From NCBI RefSeq assembly GCF_006345805.1, contig NW_021827684.1, forward strand, positions 1 to 9,914: a stretch of 9,914 bases of DNA. The letters run 5' to 3'. Both the position numbers and the translations under genes were made by a program. The notes under the pieces were generated by a model. It did not search any database. It saw nothing but the letters and a program-made list of their open reading frames with translations, and was not told the origin of the DNA. Origin of the DNA: Octopus sinensis. Its lineage: Eukaryota. This document shows positions 8,587 to 9,914 of the stretch, one piece after another (the first letter of the stretch is position 1; each line of letters opens with the position of its first letter).

Positions 8587-9460
8587 ATGAAGAAGAAAGC
8601 AATAGAGGGTGAATTTCGTTCTGCAAGCCTCGGGCGATCGCGATACGAAAGAAGCCGTAGCATACGTTCAGGGACGGTGCTTTGTCAACACATTAACGCT
8701 GTAAATATGGACCTATCTTTTAATGTCACTACCCAAAACGGACAACAAAGCCAGAAGAGAACGATGGACCGATGACGACTACCTTGAAGTGATATATGCA
8801 TTCTACAATGCAGCACTATACCCAAAACGGATCTTTTCGCTTTGACCGGCAGATTTTTAAAATAATTTCTTTGTAACTAAACACTTTTAAACTTCGTATA
8901 CTGGTAGAATGTGTTTTATAAAACATCTTTTTCTCTTGGCTTTCTTGAGAAAATTCTGCAGTTTGTAAGCTATTTGTTCTTTAATTTCTTGCATTTCGGC
9001 AATTTCAACCAATCAATGACGTCTATTGAGGTGAATTCAATTTCAGCCGGAAAATGTTGTTGCCAGAAAATGTTGTTGACAACGATCCGGCAGAAATTGA
9101 ATTCACCTCAATAGACGTCATTGATTGGTTGAAATTGCCGAAATGCAAGAAATTAAAGAACAAATAGCTTACAAACTGCAGAATTTTCTCAAGAAAGCCA
9201 AGTGAAAAAGATGTTTTATAAACACATTCTACAAGTATACGAAGTTTAAAAGTGTTTAGTTACAAAGAAGTTATTTTAAAAATCTGCCGGCAAAAGCGAA
9301 AAGATCCCCCAAAACACACAGGAATAATAATAAAAAAAAACATGAGATACGGAAGAAAAATAATAAAAGTATAAGGAAAAACAAAATACTATTTCAAATG
9401 TCCGACGATACATGATAGAGAAGGGAAAGTCTCCAAAACCGAAATAGACAAATTCCTACT
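8587..9460 (+). pseudogene. Decayed N-terminal region of an R4/Dong-like ORF, interrupted by the MITE
   Basis: 8723-8828 reads MSLPKTDNKARRERWTDDDYLEVIYAFYNAALYPK. After removing the MITE and one TSD it continues, with frameshifts, HEIRKKNNKSIR..SNVRRYMIEKGK-VSKTEIDKF. This resembles the R4/Dong N-terminal pattern R..WT.E....V..C/AYY...YEIW....LANVRR.I....L...E. Recognised from memory; start uncertain. Confidence 0.6.
8829..9307. mobile_element. Foldback MITE: ~222-bp inverted arms, 34-bp spacer, 8-bp TSD cccaaaac
   Basis: 8829-9051 is the reverse complement of 9086-9307 with about 7 differences. Termini are ggatcttttcg...cgaaaagatcc. The sequence cccaaaac is at 8821-8828 and 9308-9315. Confidence 0.97.
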
Positions 9461-9700
9461 GTAAATATTCAATAAAATTAACAACGCTGTCACACACACA
9501 CACACACAACATGTACCCTACAGGTCGGATACCAAATAGAACACAACTCTCATTACACACATAACACACAATACAAACACTAATACAACAAAAGACTCGG
9601 GGAAGAGTTTGTACTCCCCCCACCCCAAACCCCACAGTGCTGCACACACAGATAACAGAAAGTGACACAGTAGAAATTTACCTGAAAGCATCAGATGTCG

Positions 9701-9721
9701 AATAATAATAATAATATTATT

Positions 9722-9812
<91 letters not shown>
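9701..9812. repeat. (AAT)n microsatellite
   Basis: Read directly. Confidence 0.97.
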
Positions 9813-9914
9813 GACCTCTACTGTAGGAATGAACAGTAGAATGAACAGTACCTATCTAGTACAAAGGACTGGATGCTGCGACTTGTGTGCGAACACGAAA
9901 GCAACAAAAGCTGC
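9811..9914 (+). mobile_element. Start of a further 5'-truncated R4/Dong-like copy inserted in (AAT)n, running off the window
   Basis: KTSTVGMN-[12-bp duplication gaatgaacagta, frameshift]-YLSSTKDWMLRLVCEHESNKS resembles the post-RT segment K...IGL..YL....DWML.LV..HE. It begins directly after (AAT)n. Confidence 0.6.

Noticed and set aside
8730-8831. 13-bp direct repeat tacccaaaacgga (8730-8742, 8819-8831) as a TSD or CRISPR-like repeat
   Set aside because: Only two copies, and the second is partly formed by the MITE terminus; probably coincidental within decayed coding sequence.

Overview
AT-rich, microsatellite-dense eukaryotic DNA with no intact protein-coding gene. The SINE families look like octopus/cephalopod repeats (recognition from memory, not a search). 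The window is nested mobile-element debris: a probable Penelope-like 3' end (~705-1650, -), several tRNA-derived SINE pieces, four decayed R4/Dong-type non-LTR retrotransposon fragments associated with (AAT)n tracts, a ~1 kb TIR element carrying a CpG-rich promoter-like core (7214-8194), and a near-perfect 479-bp foldback MITE with an 8-bp TSD (8829-9307). The most striking observation is two sequence-unrelated loci on the minus strand (808-868 and 2261-2322). Each has a full hammerhead ribozyme core (CUGAUGA, GAAA, NUH) with compatible stems, but the three strands are in a non-circularly permuted order (III'-UH-I / II'-GAAA-III / I'-CUGAUGA-II). Most ORFs in the supplied track are microsatellite artefacts.
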